Shown one piece after another: positions 28,526 to 42,038 of a stretch of DNA of 64,000 bases (positions are counted from its first letter, which is position 1; each line of letters begins with the position of its first letter). The stretch spans positions 32,001-96,000 of the IMG/VR virus record IMGVR_UViG_3300032086_003797; one strand, written 5' to 3'. Both the position numbers and the translations under genes were made by a program. Source of the DNA: a virus. The notes beneath the pieces are model-generated. The model was not told the origin of the DNA, did not search any database, and saw nothing but the letters and a program-made list of their open reading frames with translations.

Positions 28526-30517
28526 ATGCCAGGGCACAATCCCTATCAATCTCTAGCGTCAGATCCTAACGTGGCGATGGAATACAAGAACAAGATCAAC
28601 CAATTGAACCAGCGACTAAACGTCAATGGATACAATTACGATCGTGACTTTGACGGCATGAACGATAAGCAGCGTTATATATTTACTATGGGGCTGTTTG
28701 TTAGCCCTGAGCAAGCCGACAGTATCGATGATTATGTTGAGTTTGGTCATGATAATTGTGACTGCCCTGATGTGGTAGACGACCTACGTCAAACTTGCCC
28801 CACCCTGATGGCTGGGATAAAAGATACCCAGCATAGTATGAGAGAGACGCAAACAAGAACCATAGAGATGGGGCTAGAATTTCTCATAGAGCAATGTATT
28901 GACGAGATTATTCAAGAAGGCAGGGGTGTGATGCACCCAGACACCGTTGGACTTAAGCTTACCAACAAGGAAGGTCAAGCGATTGAGACAGTCGGGCAAC
29001 AGTTTATTAAGATAGGCGAGCCCGAAACAATAACAAATCAAGCGCAACTCGCTCTAGCTGTTTATCAACTTATAGCCAAGCAAAATAAAATTCCTACTCC
29101 CAACGACTTGAAGTCAGCCCTGTCTAACAATAAGCTCAGTAAGCTTGTCCTGTATAGCAGCGCCGAGGGGCAAGAGGATAAATTGCCTACTAGGGTCAAG
29201 TCAGCCCAGATTCTCCTTGCGAAGGCAGACAAAGGGAAGGCTCTAGGAAAAGAGGTGTACGCTTTTATAAAATATGGCAGCGGGCAGACAAGCCCAGGAC
29301 CACCATGGCAGCAAACACAATTCCGACAGCAGACAGGCTTCGGCTCTAAAACCACACAGGCTGGGAAAGAGATTCAAGAAGTAGGTCCTAGTTTACTGGG
29401 CGGCAGTCGTGACCAGAAGATGGCTCTCAACTCTGTCCCAGGCTCACTTGACAAGTCCATATTGGACAAAATAGACACTGCTCTAGCAAGAAGCCTCCCT
29501 GCTTATCTCAAGGCAGCCGTGGCGGGGCAAGCCTTACCTGTTCTACAGTTCGAGTCAGAGGAAAACAGGGATCAATACTTGCCATCAATCTTTAAATACC
29601 TAAGCGAAGTCACGGGTCCAATATTCTTAGCCACAGGCAACAAGACATATTTGGGTAACGACGCCGTACTTGACAGCGCCCTAGAGAATCTACTCAAACC
29701 ACGAGGTGTCAACAACTGGACTGAAAGCGATGGCGTGTCATGGCCTATGTCTAAAAACGAAAAGCTAAAAGACAGCTATGTTCATTTTGGTGATAAGCAA
29801 GATATCATGGTTAGTTCAAAAGCTGGGAAAGGTGCTAACCCAAGTGTGGCAGAACTCTATGCAGAGTTGGCGGATATAGAACAGGAAGAGAAGCAACAAC
29901 TAATAGACCTGTACGGACCAGGCAACCCTTCAGGGATAAACTTGTATACTGGCAATATGGAAGACCCAGGCATTGTGGACATGATGGCTGACAAAAGATA
30001 TAGTTGGTGGGATTTAGTTATACGGATGCACGTTGAAATAGCAGGCGACTACAATCTGACAGGGGATCAATACAATCAGATTAGAGAGATGATGAAAGCT
30101 GAGAAAGCTAAAAGATGGCCTAGAGAGATGGCACCAGTAGCGGACAAAAATATAAAAGCCAAACTTGATAAGTTCAAGGCACTCTTCAAGCCCAACACAG
30201 ACAAGTCCGATTATAGCGAGGCGCTCCATATTATTGCTGGCATGGCAAAACTAGCACAGCAGGCGGTCAACAATGCGCAGGGTAAAGACGGAGAAAAGAT
30301 CTTTACAAACTTTGCTAAAGCGATGTATAATAGATTACCTTTAGTACAGATCTACGCAAAGAGGGGAGCTTATGTGGCAGATGGCGATACAGGCGTAAAG
30401 TCGGGACCATTAGATATCATCTACCCAGCTAAGTTTGATGGCGAGATCCGAGTTGACGGCGGCAAGAACTACTTTGCTACTGGCAACAAAGGCAAGATGA
30501 CCATTAAGATCCCATAG
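28526..30517 (+). CDS. Large hypothetical protein, possible PD-(D/E)XK-like domain
   Basis: 663 aa; internal LEFLIEQCIDEIIQE; LKDSYV..MVSSKAGKG. Confidence 0.55.
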   Translation: MPGHNPYQSLASDPNVAMEYKNKINQLNQRLNVNGYNYDRDFDGMNDKQRYIFTMGLFVSPEQADSIDDYVEFGHDNCDCPDVVDDLRQTCPTLMAGIKDTQHSMRETQTRTIEMGLEFLIEQCIDEIIQEGRGVMHPDTVGLKLTNKEGQAIETVGQQFIKIGEPETITNQAQLALAVYQLIAKQNKIPTPNDLKSALSNNKLSKLVLYSSAEGQEDKLPTRVKSAQILLAKADKGKALGKEVYAFIKYGSGQTSPGPPWQQTQFRQQTGFGSKTTQAGKEIQEVGPSLLGGSRDQKMALNSVPGSLDKSILDKIDTALARSLPAYLKAAVAGQALPVLQFESEENRDQYLPSIFKYLSEVTGPIFLATGNKTYLGNDAVLDSALENLLKPRGVNNWTESDGVSWPMSKNEKLKDSYVHFGDKQDIMVSSKAGKGANPSVAELYAELADIEQEEKQQLIDLYGPGNPSGINLYTGNMEDPGIVDMMADKRYSWWDLVIRMHVEIAGDYNLTGDQYNQIREMMKAEKAKRWPREMAPVADKNIKAKLDKFKALFKPNTDKSDYSEALHIIAGMAKLAQQAVNNAQGKDGEKIFTNFAKAMYNRLPLVQIYAKRGAYVADGDTGVKSGPLDIIYPAKFDGEIRVDGGKNYFATGNKGKMTIKIP

Positions 30518-30530
30518 AAAGTGAGGCTCG

Positions 30531-33072
<2,542 letters not shown>

Positions 33073-33103
33073 AAACTAGTTACTAATAGTTCCATAAAAC
33101 TAC

Positions 33104-33136
33104 AAAGCCCAGCGTCTGCCTGGGCTTTATTTTTTT
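33104..33136 (+). terminator. Rho-independent terminator
   Basis: AAAGCCCAG/CTGGGCTTT stem followed by a T run. Confidence 0.75.
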
Positions 33137-33154
33137 CAAAGAGGTGGTAGCACT

Positions 33155-33613
33155 ATGAGTGATGAAATTCTAAAACTATTATTAGAGAAGCTAGAAAAGG
33201 TTGAACATAAAGTAGTTAACTCCCCTGCGATGAACGGCGGCTTTGACAAGCTGTTGTCTGAGGTCGACCACATTAAGCAATCTCAAACTGAAGTATTAGA
33301 GTCCGTCCGTGGCATTAAGCAAAGCCTTTACGAGCCCGACTCTGGATTATACAGTCGAGTCAAAGGTCTGGAGACAGAATCAGCCAGACGCTGGCAGTTT
33401 ATCAAAGAGGCTAAGCCAGCCCTGGAATTCTCCAAGGAGCTTACAGTCTGGAAGGTTAGAGCGGATAAGGATCTGGAAGAGGTCGAGCGTTTACACCTTG
33501 AGGTGTCTAAGCTTCAAGATTGGAAAGACGGTATGCAGAAAGTTATTTGGCTCCTAGCCACCGCCGCAGGCGGGCTGTGGATCAAGAACTTGGCAGACCT
33601 AATGATGAAATGA
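33155..33613 (+). CDS. Coiled-coil protein with C-terminal TM
   Basis: Heptad pattern and hydrophobic tail; GAGGTG RBS. Confidence 0.65.
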   Translation: MSDEILKLLLEKLEKVEHKVVNSPAMNGGFDKLLSEVDHIKQSQTEVLESVRGIKQSLYEPDSGLYSRVKGLETESARRWQFIKEAKPALEFSKELTVWKVRADKDLEEVERLHLEVSKLQDWKDGMQKVIWLLATAAGGLWIKNLADLMMK

Positions 33614-33745
33614 TTGGCTTTATCGTAGGGGCGATTATGTTTTCTATTGCCACCATTTATTATCGTATTAAATGGAAGCAGTGCAAAGCAGAGAAAAACA
33701 GAATACTTAAAAACTCTTGGCAATGGCAAGACTGGGGGGAATAAA

Positions 33746-34105
33746 ATGAAAAGCTGGAAACCTATCTTTATTGAGAACAGCAAAGTGCCTGTTTGGTTAT
33801 CATACCTTGCACCAATAAACATTGGTGCCATAACTCTTTTCTTCTTGGTATTTAGCCGAGGGGAGATGGGCAAAAGACTGAAGCGCCACGAGACAATCCA
33901 CTTCCAGCAGATGCTAGAGACATTGGTCATTGGCTTCTTGTTTTTGTATCTCTGGGATTATGCCAGGGGATACATCAAATACAAAGATGGTGCAAAAGCC
34001 TACCGCTGCATAAGAGCAGAACAAGAAGCATATAATAATGACGGCACAGCAGGATATCTACAAAAAAGAAAAAGATATCAGTGGATACGAAAGTATGCTG
34101 CATGA
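33746..34105 (+). CDS. Small HExxH membrane-associated protein
   Basis: RHETIHFQQ, EQEAY. Confidence 0.55.
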   Translation: MKSWKPIFIENSKVPVWLSYLAPINIGAITLFFLVFSRGEMGKRLKRHETIHFQQMLETLVIGFLFLYLWDYARGYIKYKDGAKAYRCIRAEQEAYNNDGTAGYLQKRKRYQWIRKYAA

Positions 34106-34464
34106 ACCAAGGAGCGCCTAGCATGAACCATCAAGGACTTGCAGATGAATTAGTTAAGTTAGCAGAGCATCTTGTGGGTGGCTATGGTATATTGTTTTTC
34201 GTAGCGTTTGTCACTTTTATGTTTAGGGACTTCGTTACGAACTTTGCAGCGGGTCTAAGATTTATGTTTGGGTCCGACTTTGACGTTGATGACCTAGTAT
34301 GGATTGATGGTAAAAAGAAAGCAAGAATCATGCGCCAGACCCCAGTAAAGACAGTGTTCCATCTACTGGAGACAGATAGAAAGCTTGTTGTTCCCAACAT
34401 AGACCTCTATAAATTAAAGATAGAGAAGGCACTCCCAGGTGCAAATGATGGGAGAGACATCTAG
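34101..34464 (+). CDS. MscS-like small membrane protein
   Basis: TM then FRDFVTNFAAG..FDVDDLVWIDG..LVVPN; exact start uncertain. Confidence 0.6.
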
Positions 34465-34540
34465 AATGCGTGTGAGCACAATTGAAATGATGGTATTGCT
34501 TGCGTTGGCTGTATTGGCTGGCGTAATTTTTTTATAATAT

Positions 34541-34587
34541 TTCCTTGACCAATGCCTGATGTGTGGTATTATAAATTGTAAGGGAGA
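34541..34587 (+). promoter_or_regulatory. Early promoter+RBS cassette, copy 1
   Basis: CTTGAC-N14-TGG-TATTAT-AAATTGTAAGGGAGA. Confidence 0.85.
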
Positions 34588-34593
34588 CAAATA

Positions 34594-35217
34594 ATGAGTT
34601 ACTGGTCCCAAATGTACCGCCGCCCTCAACGAGCAGAGCGCCTTGAGCTTGAGAACGGCGAGGCTCGCTTCGAGTCCTTGATGGCTAGGAAGCTATCGCA
34701 AGGAGACCGCAAGTTCGCTGAGTCTCTCAAGAGTCAGTTTGAGGATGGCGGCAAGCTGTCTCCCAAGCAGATTGAGTGTGTTGAGCGTATGGAGCAACGC
34801 TACTCTGATGAGTCTGTGTTGAAGCGTGAGCAGTGGGCTCAGTCCTACAAGGCTGACCACCGTGAGACCGCTATCATCGTGGCTCGCTACTATCGCACCA
34901 CTCAGTACTTCCGAGATCTTGCCAGCAAGATTCTCTTAGACGAGGAATTTATTCCTACCGAGCGCCAGTTCATCGCCATGACCAAAAACAAGTATGCTAA
35001 GAAGGCTATTGCCACTGCGACCGAACCGCCAGCTTTCCCTGTTGGTTCGCTCTGCAAGATCCGTGCTAACGCTAGCCTGGTACATCAACGTGAGTTACAC
35101 AACCAAGTTGCGCTTGTTATGGATAATCATCCTATCGGTCTCCACGCTAAGTCAACCTTGCTTGTGAACGGTATCCAAGTCAAGCTAGAGGATCGCTGCT
35201 TGAAAGTAGCGAAATAA
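34594..35217 (+). CDS. Early hypothetical protein with C-terminal KOW/SH3-like domain
   Basis: Directly follows cassette 1; FPVGSLCKI. Confidence 0.75.
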   Translation: MSYWSQMYRRPQRAERLELENGEARFESLMARKLSQGDRKFAESLKSQFEDGGKLSPKQIECVERMEQRYSDESVLKREQWAQSYKADHRETAIIVARYYRTTQYFRDLASKILLDEEFIPTERQFIAMTKNKYAKKAIATATEPPAFPVGSLCKIRANASLVHQRELHNQVALVMDNHPIGLHAKSTLLVNGIQVKLEDRCLKVAK

Positions 35218-35282
35218 TAAATTATACAGTCAGGGTGATAATATGGTAAAACAGTATACATAATATTGAAGAGGTTATTCTA

Positions 35283-36056
35283 TTGAATCCAAAAGCATAC
35301 ATATTTGATATGGACGGGACCTTAACTGAGTCCCGCCGTCATATAGTGAGTGCAACGGCGGACGCCTTACGAAGCTTGATGCCAGCAAAACTATACTTAG
35401 TTACGGGCTCCGACTTTAGCAAGGTTGCAGAGCAGCTTGATAACGATCTAATCCTTGGCACGTTTGAGCGCATATACGCATGTAATGGCACTAGGGTTTG
35501 GAACTGCAACTTGGATATGGACGATGAAACTGGGGCTCTTGAACCAGAGTTGATCCACAAAGTAAGCTTGACAGATCATTACTCACAAGCAGACCTCAAT
35601 CACATTACCACTACGCTTTTAAAAATGGCGGCAGATAACCACACAAAGTTTAAGACGGGTACGTTTGTCGAGTGGCGAGATCCCCTGATCAACTTCTCTC
35701 TGATTGGTAGGAACTGTACTCTTGAGCAGCGAGATGATTACGCCAAGTGGGACAGTAAATCAGGTGAAAGAGATAAAGCAATTGAGCAACTTGAGAAGAC
35801 CTTCCAGGGCTGGGGACTATCCTTCAGGAAGGGCGGACAGATCTCTATCGACATCACCCGTAAGGGCTGGGATAAGTCCTACGCTTTCAGGAACATGCAT
35901 GAGAAGCCAGAGGAGTGTGTGTTCTTTGGGGATCGTATCGACGGGAACGGAAATGACAGCGATATAGCTGTTTTATGTAAAACATATCACGAAGTATCTG
36001 GACCGCAGGAAACGGTTGAGATTATAAAATCAGTATACAACAAAGGGAGAAAATAA
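35283..36056 (+). CDS. HAD-IIB phosphomannomutase (PMM/Sec53-type)
   Basis: FDMDGTLT, VTGSD, INFSLIGRNCTLEQR, GGQISID, GWDKSY, FFGDR..GND. Confidence 0.85.
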   Translation: MNPKAYIFDMDGTLTESRRHIVSATADALRSLMPAKLYLVTGSDFSKVAEQLDNDLILGTFERIYACNGTRVWNCNLDMDDETGALEPELIHKVSLTDHYSQADLNHITTTLLKMAADNHTKFKTGTFVEWRDPLINFSLIGRNCTLEQRDDYAKWDSKSGERDKAIEQLEKTFQGWGLSFRKGGQISIDITRKGWDKSYAFRNMHEKPEECVFFGDRIDGNGNDSDIAVLCKTYHEVSGPQETVEIIKSVYNKGRK

Positions 36057-36058
36057 GT

Positions 36059-36463
36059 ATGCGTGCAAATATTAACTTGAATATCCACATCGATCAAGTG
36101 AAAACTTTATCAAGAAGTATGCTAGCCAATGAAGGTCAGCGGTTAATGCATTTGGTCAACGGGTACACTGAAAGTGTCTTAAAGCCACTTGATGACGGTG
36201 ATCTGGGAGAGGTTTTGGGGAACCTCGATGAACTTAGAGAGCACTTGGCAGATATTGATATAATGCTAGCCCAAGCAGGGAACATCCTAAGCGGCTATCA
36301 CCACCGTGATGAATCTGAAGTTGCAGTTGAAACTAGCAGGCTCAAGTCAAGCATTGAATCTAGACTGGCAGAAGCAGAAAAGTTTAATAGTTTTCTGGAA
36401 AAGATTTCAGACCAAGTAGTGGAAGAAGGACCTGCGGAGAACCTTGATGATGGCGAAGACTAA
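36059..36463 (+). CDS. Hypothetical protein
   Basis: 134-aa ORF in the gene run. Confidence 0.6.
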   Translation: MRANINLNIHIDQVKTLSRSMLANEGQRLMHLVNGYTESVLKPLDDGDLGEVLGNLDELREHLADIDIMLAQAGNILSGYHHRDESEVAVETSRLKSSIESRLAEAEKFNSFLEKISDQVVEEGPAENLDDGED

Positions 36464-36673
36464 TATTAGTAGCTTCCTGACTCAAGGCGACTTGGTTTAT
36501 CTACCCGCTAAAACATCGCTAACAAAATATGATTCAGCGGGCGTAGCGAATACTTTTTGCTATCTGAAGGAGCCAAGAGATGTTGTCTATAACCGTGGTC
36601 TCGGGCTCGGCAGGGTAGAGATTTTGTATGAAGGGGAACTTTGGTGCGTGCAGGAAGAAAGCTGTTTCATGCC

Positions 36674-37630
36674 ATGAAGATAACTAAGCCAAACACTTGG
36701 CTGAATCTTTATGATTTCTATGCCACGAACCATCTAATTCCAATTGACTTTTGGTATGATTCAGATCAGCCTGGAGGACCATACAATAATCCTTTTTATG
36801 AGCCTGTGACGAATCGAAGGTTCAATCAGGTGTCAGCCAAGAAGGCTAATCCTGCCAGGGTCCGACTGATATTTTTGCGAACCCTACTTGCTGATGAGCC
36901 AGGGTATAAAAGGTTGTGTCACAAAGATGGCAGACCAGTATGGGCTTATGATCTAAAGTACGAAGGCGTCAAGCCATCTCAGGGCAGGACGCTATCCTTC
37001 AATCTCAAGGGGGAATCAAAGCGGTTTGTGGTTAGCGAGAGGCATACACTCTTCTTAGAGGATGATCAGTATATCAATCCAAACCACCACTTTTTTATGC
37101 TTAGTCATAGATTGGCTTTCTCTTGTTTTGGTAATCCGTTTGTTGCTGATAGATGCCTTAAATTGATGTATCAGAAATGCGACACGTCTGAAACAGAAAA
37201 GGAATTTATGAAGCGAGTCCAAGAAGATTCTCAAATAAAGATTGGCTCTTTGGTAGAAGTTAGGATGGGGCTGTTCGCTCCTGATTTTAAGTATCGCAAG
37301 AATCTCCTGATTACTATGGCAGAAAAATATTGTGATAAAATAGGATATGAGGAGTCACACCCCGAGCGGGCTAAATTACTCCGACTGCTGAAAGGGTCGT
37401 CAACTTTTCACGGCATCTCAGAAACCCAAGAGCCGTCATATATAGAGTTTGTCAATTGGTGCAGGGATAGCAACGAGTGCATATTTCCGTTAGGGCTGGT
37501 ACTGAGGAAAGACCCAGTGCCTAAAAAGCTTTCGTCCAATGGTCGGGAGTCTTACACAGTAAAATTTGGTGATTTAGTATATGAGGAACTTCACCCTATA
37601 CAAATGGAGGTTGTAAAAAACAATGTATAA
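36674..37630 (+). CDS. Hypothetical protein
   Basis: Long ORF; ATG overlaps the upstream stop. Confidence 0.6.
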   Translation: MKITKPNTWLNLYDFYATNHLIPIDFWYDSDQPGGPYNNPFYEPVTNRRFNQVSAKKANPARVRLIFLRTLLADEPGYKRLCHKDGRPVWAYDLKYEGVKPSQGRTLSFNLKGESKRFVVSERHTLFLEDDQYINPNHHFFMLSHRLAFSCFGNPFVADRCLKLMYQKCDTSETEKEFMKRVQEDSQIKIGSLVEVRMGLFAPDFKYRKNLLITMAEKYCDKIGYEESHPERAKLLRLLKGSSTFHGISETQEPSYIEFVNWCRDSNECIFPLGLVLRKDPVPKKLSSNGRESYTVKFGDLVYEELHPIQMEVVKNNV

Positions 37631-37877
37631 TGTAGTAGCAAAAGCAACGTGTCCCTATTGTGTGTCAGCAATAGAGTTACTAAAAGAGAATGGCTTATCT
37701 TATCAAGTAGTGTCGGTTGATGGAAACCCTGAACTTTTACAGGAGATGAAGTCTAATTACAATTGGCAGACAGTACCGATTATTACTGAAGTAACCCCAA
37801 GGGGAACTAGGTTTATTGGTGGCTATACGGATCTTCGAGAACACCTCAAGACTGGGAAGACGCTGCTAAGGGGATGA
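37623..37877 (+). CDS. Glutaredoxin
   Basis: CPYC, TVP, IGGYTDL. Confidence 0.92.
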   Translation: MYNVVAKATCPYCVSAIELLKENGLSYQVVSVDGNPELLQEMKSNYNWQTVPIITEVTPRGTRFIGGYTDLREHLKTGKTLLRG

Positions 37878-39159
37878 TTTGTCAGAAGGTAAGAAATATG
37901 GTCTTAAGATCAACACTGTAATTACGAGCATCGAATACTTGTCGCAGATAAGAGACTATGCTGAATCTATTATCCTAAACTTTGAAGAAGACGAAGAATT
38001 TTACACAAAAGAAATGCTCAGAGATCTGTGTGCATTCGTGACTGCTGTCACGGGTCAGATAGAATGGGTGATGGATGATATAGTGCCTAGGGCACCAAAG
38101 GATGGCGTAGTACCAGTAAGCTCGGAGGATATTGATACCATGAAGCTTTACAGTGAGATGGTTAACAACAGGCTGACTAAATTAAAAAAGTATCATATTT
38201 CTTTCAAGGAGCATTAACAAATGTTGAATAATCTATTACAATATAGGCACACCGCAGTCAATGCAGCTTTAGGGTTTGTGTTCTTGGGTGTGATCACAGC
38301 TAGGCTAATCATAGAACGACTTGGGGATAGGTAGTATTGTATACTAAATCAGAGCTAGCTTTTATTAGGAGCATGTTGGCTGGCGACAGTTGTCAACAGG
38401 CTCAGTCTAATGTGGCTAGGCTTGGCTTACCTGCGCTTACGAAACAAACACTAGCAGTCTGGCAAAACATATACCTACCAGTATTACGAAAAAACAGATT
38501 TTACGCAACCAGCGTCGCCTCAGGCACAATGTCTATGAGCGACGTAATCACTAGCATCAATAAAAGGATGAAAGGTTAGAGATAATGAATGAAGAAAAGT
38601 CTTGGTTCAAATCATTTTGCGAAAGCAACCGTCTACGCTATCGGCTAGCAGAGGACTCGCACGCCGTCGCTGTATCTTCTGGAAAGTGGAAGAACGATCA
38701 ATTCTTCGACGGCTTCGGCAAGGGCATTGTTGGCATCTTTGTGCAAAGAGATACAAAGACACAATATACATATTTGAAGAAGCGCCTGATCGATAAATTT
38801 GGTTGCGAGGTAACTCAAGATGGGGAAACTGAAGGGTGCTTTACAGTAGAAGCCTGGCAAGCTATGCCCATTGCTAAACACTTGAGAATTACCATGCACA
38901 AGGCTAGAGTATCCAACCCTAAGTGGCTGCATAAAGATGAATAGTCCGCTGAAACCAAGCCTATCTAAAGATGATATTGCATTTGTTGGGCAATTGTTGC
39001 TCAAAAACTCTCAGACAGACATAGATAAATTAGTAGGTTCTTTAGCGGTTCAACTAGCCCACTGCCACCAGCAACGGGATATGCATCGCTATCTTAACCC
39101 AATATTTTTCTTAGCTGGGCTTCTTATAGGATATTATATCGGAGCCTAAAGGGGGTTCG

Positions 39160-39609
39160 GTGGAAGCCAAAGTTGCTTTCTATAAAGGAGAAGGACAGTG
39201 GCACAATCGCTTCATAAGGTATTGGACTAAGAGTAAATATTCACACGCCGAACTAATAATAGACAAAGAGTGCTACACCATAGAGCCATTCAGCTTAGAA
39301 GGTGTCAGAAAAACAGAATGCGATTATAGTGAAGCCGAGTGGGATTTTATATCATTTGAGATTACGGATGAGCAAAAAGAAATATTCAATAATTTCTTTA
39401 ACAAAACAAAGGGACAAGGATATGATTGGGTTGGAATGTTGGTAAGCCAAGCGTTACCAAACTATTTTGTCAAGTGTGTAAGCAAGTGGTACTGCTCCGA
39501 GTGGATTATCTACGCCTTGCGTCTAACTAATATTATCGGACCAGTATATGAACTATCCGATTTATCACCAAGTAAACTACATCAGCTTCTAACGGAGGAG
39601 AAAAGATGA
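39160..39609 (+). CDS. Permuted papain-like (NlpC/P60) protein
   Basis: YSHAEL, GQGYDW, WYCSEW. Confidence 0.72.
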   Translation: MEAKVAFYKGEGQWHNRFIRYWTKSKYSHAELIIDKECYTIEPFSLEGVRKTECDYSEAEWDFISFEITDEQKEIFNNFFNKTKGQGYDWVGMLVSQALPNYFVKCVSKWYCSEWIIYALRLTNIIGPVYELSDLSPSKLHQLLTEEKR

Positions 39610-40212
39610 CGCTATCTGATGAACAAATTTATTATAACCTGCCGAGCCATACTAAAGAGGCTGTTGGCTTATCGGATCGATATTGGGATTTAACGCTGCA
39701 ACAGAGATCCTTTGTGAGTGATTTGATTGAAACTTGCGCTGCACAGTTTAAGGACCATATCCTTATGGATAAAGAAGTTTACACGGATCTGCTCTCGGAT
39801 TCCTTGGCTCAGATCAAAGATGCGGCTGAAGATATTGATCAGGTCAGAAATCGCATCAATAGTTTTAATGAAGTAGATAATGTCTAGAATGCAGTTTGCT
39901 GTAGGCGACCTAGTGTTTTGTGCAGACCAGCCCTCTGAAGAGGAGAGGTTTGTCATGTGCTCTTATGGACCAGACCACTGGGTTAACCAGACATCGAATC
40001 GCCCCTTCCTTCAGCCAGAACTTAAATCGCTAAAGAGCATTGTTGATCCTGTGTTACACAATTACAAGCACTACTATGGCACCACGGGGATAATTACTAG
40101 AGCCAAAGCGCCGAAAGGCAAGGATTCAAAAGGAATATATGAGATTTTTATCGAGGGTACAAAGTATATCGCACAAGATTATGTGCTTCATCGGCATATG
40201 ACGACTGACCCC

Positions 40213-40872
40213 CTAAAAGCGGTCCCCGTACTGAGCCATCACCATATCTAGTAGTCTTTGTTTTTCCTCGTCGTTATTCGCCATGAACCACAGATAACCA
40301 AGCGTAGTTTGCTTAGAGTTTATTGATTGTTCCATCTCTTTTATAGATTGCTCCAGGGATATGTTCTCAGCCTCCAGCAAATATTCTGGCACTTCAATAT
40401 TATATTTCATGCATAGTGAAACAAGTTCTGCTAAATTATTATTATCATATGCTTCCCTGGCTCTAAAAAAATCCTCTACGTTTTCATTTGAATTGGTTTT
40501 GTCTGGGTGTGTTTTGTCTATTAGTTTCCTAAAAAGCTTTTTTGCATTGGGGTCTTTTGGTGCGGCTTTAGATTGGCTTGTCTCTACATCTTCGCCATCG
40601 TCCAGATCATCTGCGAACCCAAACGGGTCACCATCGCTATTAACCTCTGTAGAAATTGGACCACCCGATTCTCCTTCCTCATCCTCGTCTTGGGGTCCGT
40701 ACCCACTATGTATGCCCCGTGACTCCATTAGCTTTTTCCAGAGTTCAGACGTTTTCATCTCTCTGTCGCCCGTAGCGCAGCAGTCTTCTACATGTTGCTC
40801 TTCGCTTTTGACCCAGCTATACTTTGATCTGAGTCTTTTGTTTTTCATCTTGGATCTCTTATCATTAGCCAT
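40213..40872 (-). CDS. J-domain (DnaJ-like) protein
   Basis: KKLFRKLIDKTHPDK..FFRAREAYD; CTATTTATA just upstream of ATG 40872 on the minus strand. Confidence 0.75.
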   Translation of the reverse strand: MANDKRSKMKNKRLRSKYSWVKSEEQHVEDCCATGDREMKTSELWKKLMESRGIHSGYGPQDEDEEGESGGPISTEVNSDGDPFGFADDLDDGEDVETSQSKAAPKDPNAKKLFRKLIDKTHPDKTNSNENVEDFFRAREAYDNNNLAELVSLCMKYNIEVPEYLLEAENISLEQSIKEMEQSINSKQTTLGYLWFMANNDEEKQRLLDMVMAQYGDRF

Positions 40873-40920
40873 ATTATAAATAGCTATACAATACAATGAA
40901 AGTGTGTTATTAATAGAATC

Positions 40921-41235
40921 ATGAGTGAAGAAAATAAAAAGACACCACCCAGGAAGAGCCGACTGCGAGCAAAGAAAGGCTCGCACAAATTGACAGAGCG
41001 CCAAGTGGAGATGATCAGGTCGCAGAAAGGCAAGATGAGCGTGCGAGAAATAGCGAAGTGGTTTGCCAAGAAGAACCATTATCAAATTAAAATCAGTCCG
41101 TCATTGGTGCAAGGAATATTGAGTGGCAAGATGCATAAGAAAGAAGATAAGGTTTCAATCTATGATTTGATTAACGAAGATGTCTCCGAAGAAGAGCTTG
41201 AGAATATGGACCCAAAGAAAGTGAAATATGATTAG
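40921..41235 (+). CDS. HTH DNA-binding protein
   Basis: KLTERQVEMIR..MSVREIAK..ISPSLVQGILSG. Confidence 0.65.
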   Translation: MSEENKKTPPRKSRLRAKKGSHKLTERQVEMIRSQKGKMSVREIAKWFAKKNHYQIKISPSLVQGILSGKMHKKEDKVSIYDLINEDVSEEELENMDPKKVKYD

Positions 41236-41768
41236 TATTGTTTTGGCAACAGTTTTAGCTACAAACCTGGCAGCGCCAAGCTATAGCAAGCGACCTTACA
41301 TGGACAAGCCCCAAGTGAAGCGCCACGCTAACCAGATAACAAATTATCTTAAGAGGACAGACCCACGAGTGCTTCGTGAGGTCCTTCGTCAAATGAAGTG
41401 GGCTCCGATTAAAAAGCGCAAGCGAACAAAAGCCAGCACATTCGATGATTGGTATTTTGATATGATGTATGACTTCGGTGGGATTCCCAAAGTAAAATAA
41501 TAAGGATATTAGATTTGAGCGCAAAGTTAAAAGTAGAAGTTGGCGACGTCGATTACAGTGAGTTATCAGAAACATTAAAGTTCACTGTCGTGTTGAACAA
41601 AACCGCAATTGATTGCATCATGGAGACGCTGTTTACCAGCAGGGACATGATCACTAACGAGGAGGTCGCCTTGGCGGCAGCCGATGCCCTGCAAAGGGGG
41701 ATTGCCATGGATATTACAAGAGGCGGCATGAGGTCGCCAGTTATCAACCCATTTGAAGAGGACGGCTG

Positions 41769-42038
41769 ATGAAGAAAATCATCCACGTCAACCAACACGT
41801 CATCAGGCGCAACACAAAGCATGGAACTGATGAGCCAGTATTGACGGTAAAAACATATAAAGAAAATAATTATGCCCACGAGGCTATAATCAAAACAAAA
41901 GATGGTGTAGAATTAGGTAGGGTCATCTATAGTCCACACAAGCCACTGAGTTGTGGAGCGAGAGTATGGATTGAGACTGATACTGAAACTGCTGATGTTG
42001 AATTAATTGTCAGAGAAGGAGAAACAAATGACACTTGA
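41769..42038 (+). CDS. Hypothetical phage protein
   Basis: IHVNQHVIRRN..PLSCGARVWIET. Confidence 0.7.
   Translation: MKKIIHVNQHVIRRNTKHGTDEPVLTVKTYKENNYAHEAIIKTKDGVELGRVIYSPHKPLSCGARVWIETDTETADVELIVREGETNDT

Noticed and set aside
36674-36720. MKITKPNTW as another tag protein
   Set aside because: Lacks QLxxIIKEE and the late motif; probably coincidental.
40875-40882. T4-type late promoter TATAAATA on the + strand
   Set aside because: Better explained as the minus-strand CTATTTATA motif abutting the J-domain start, consistent with the other copies.
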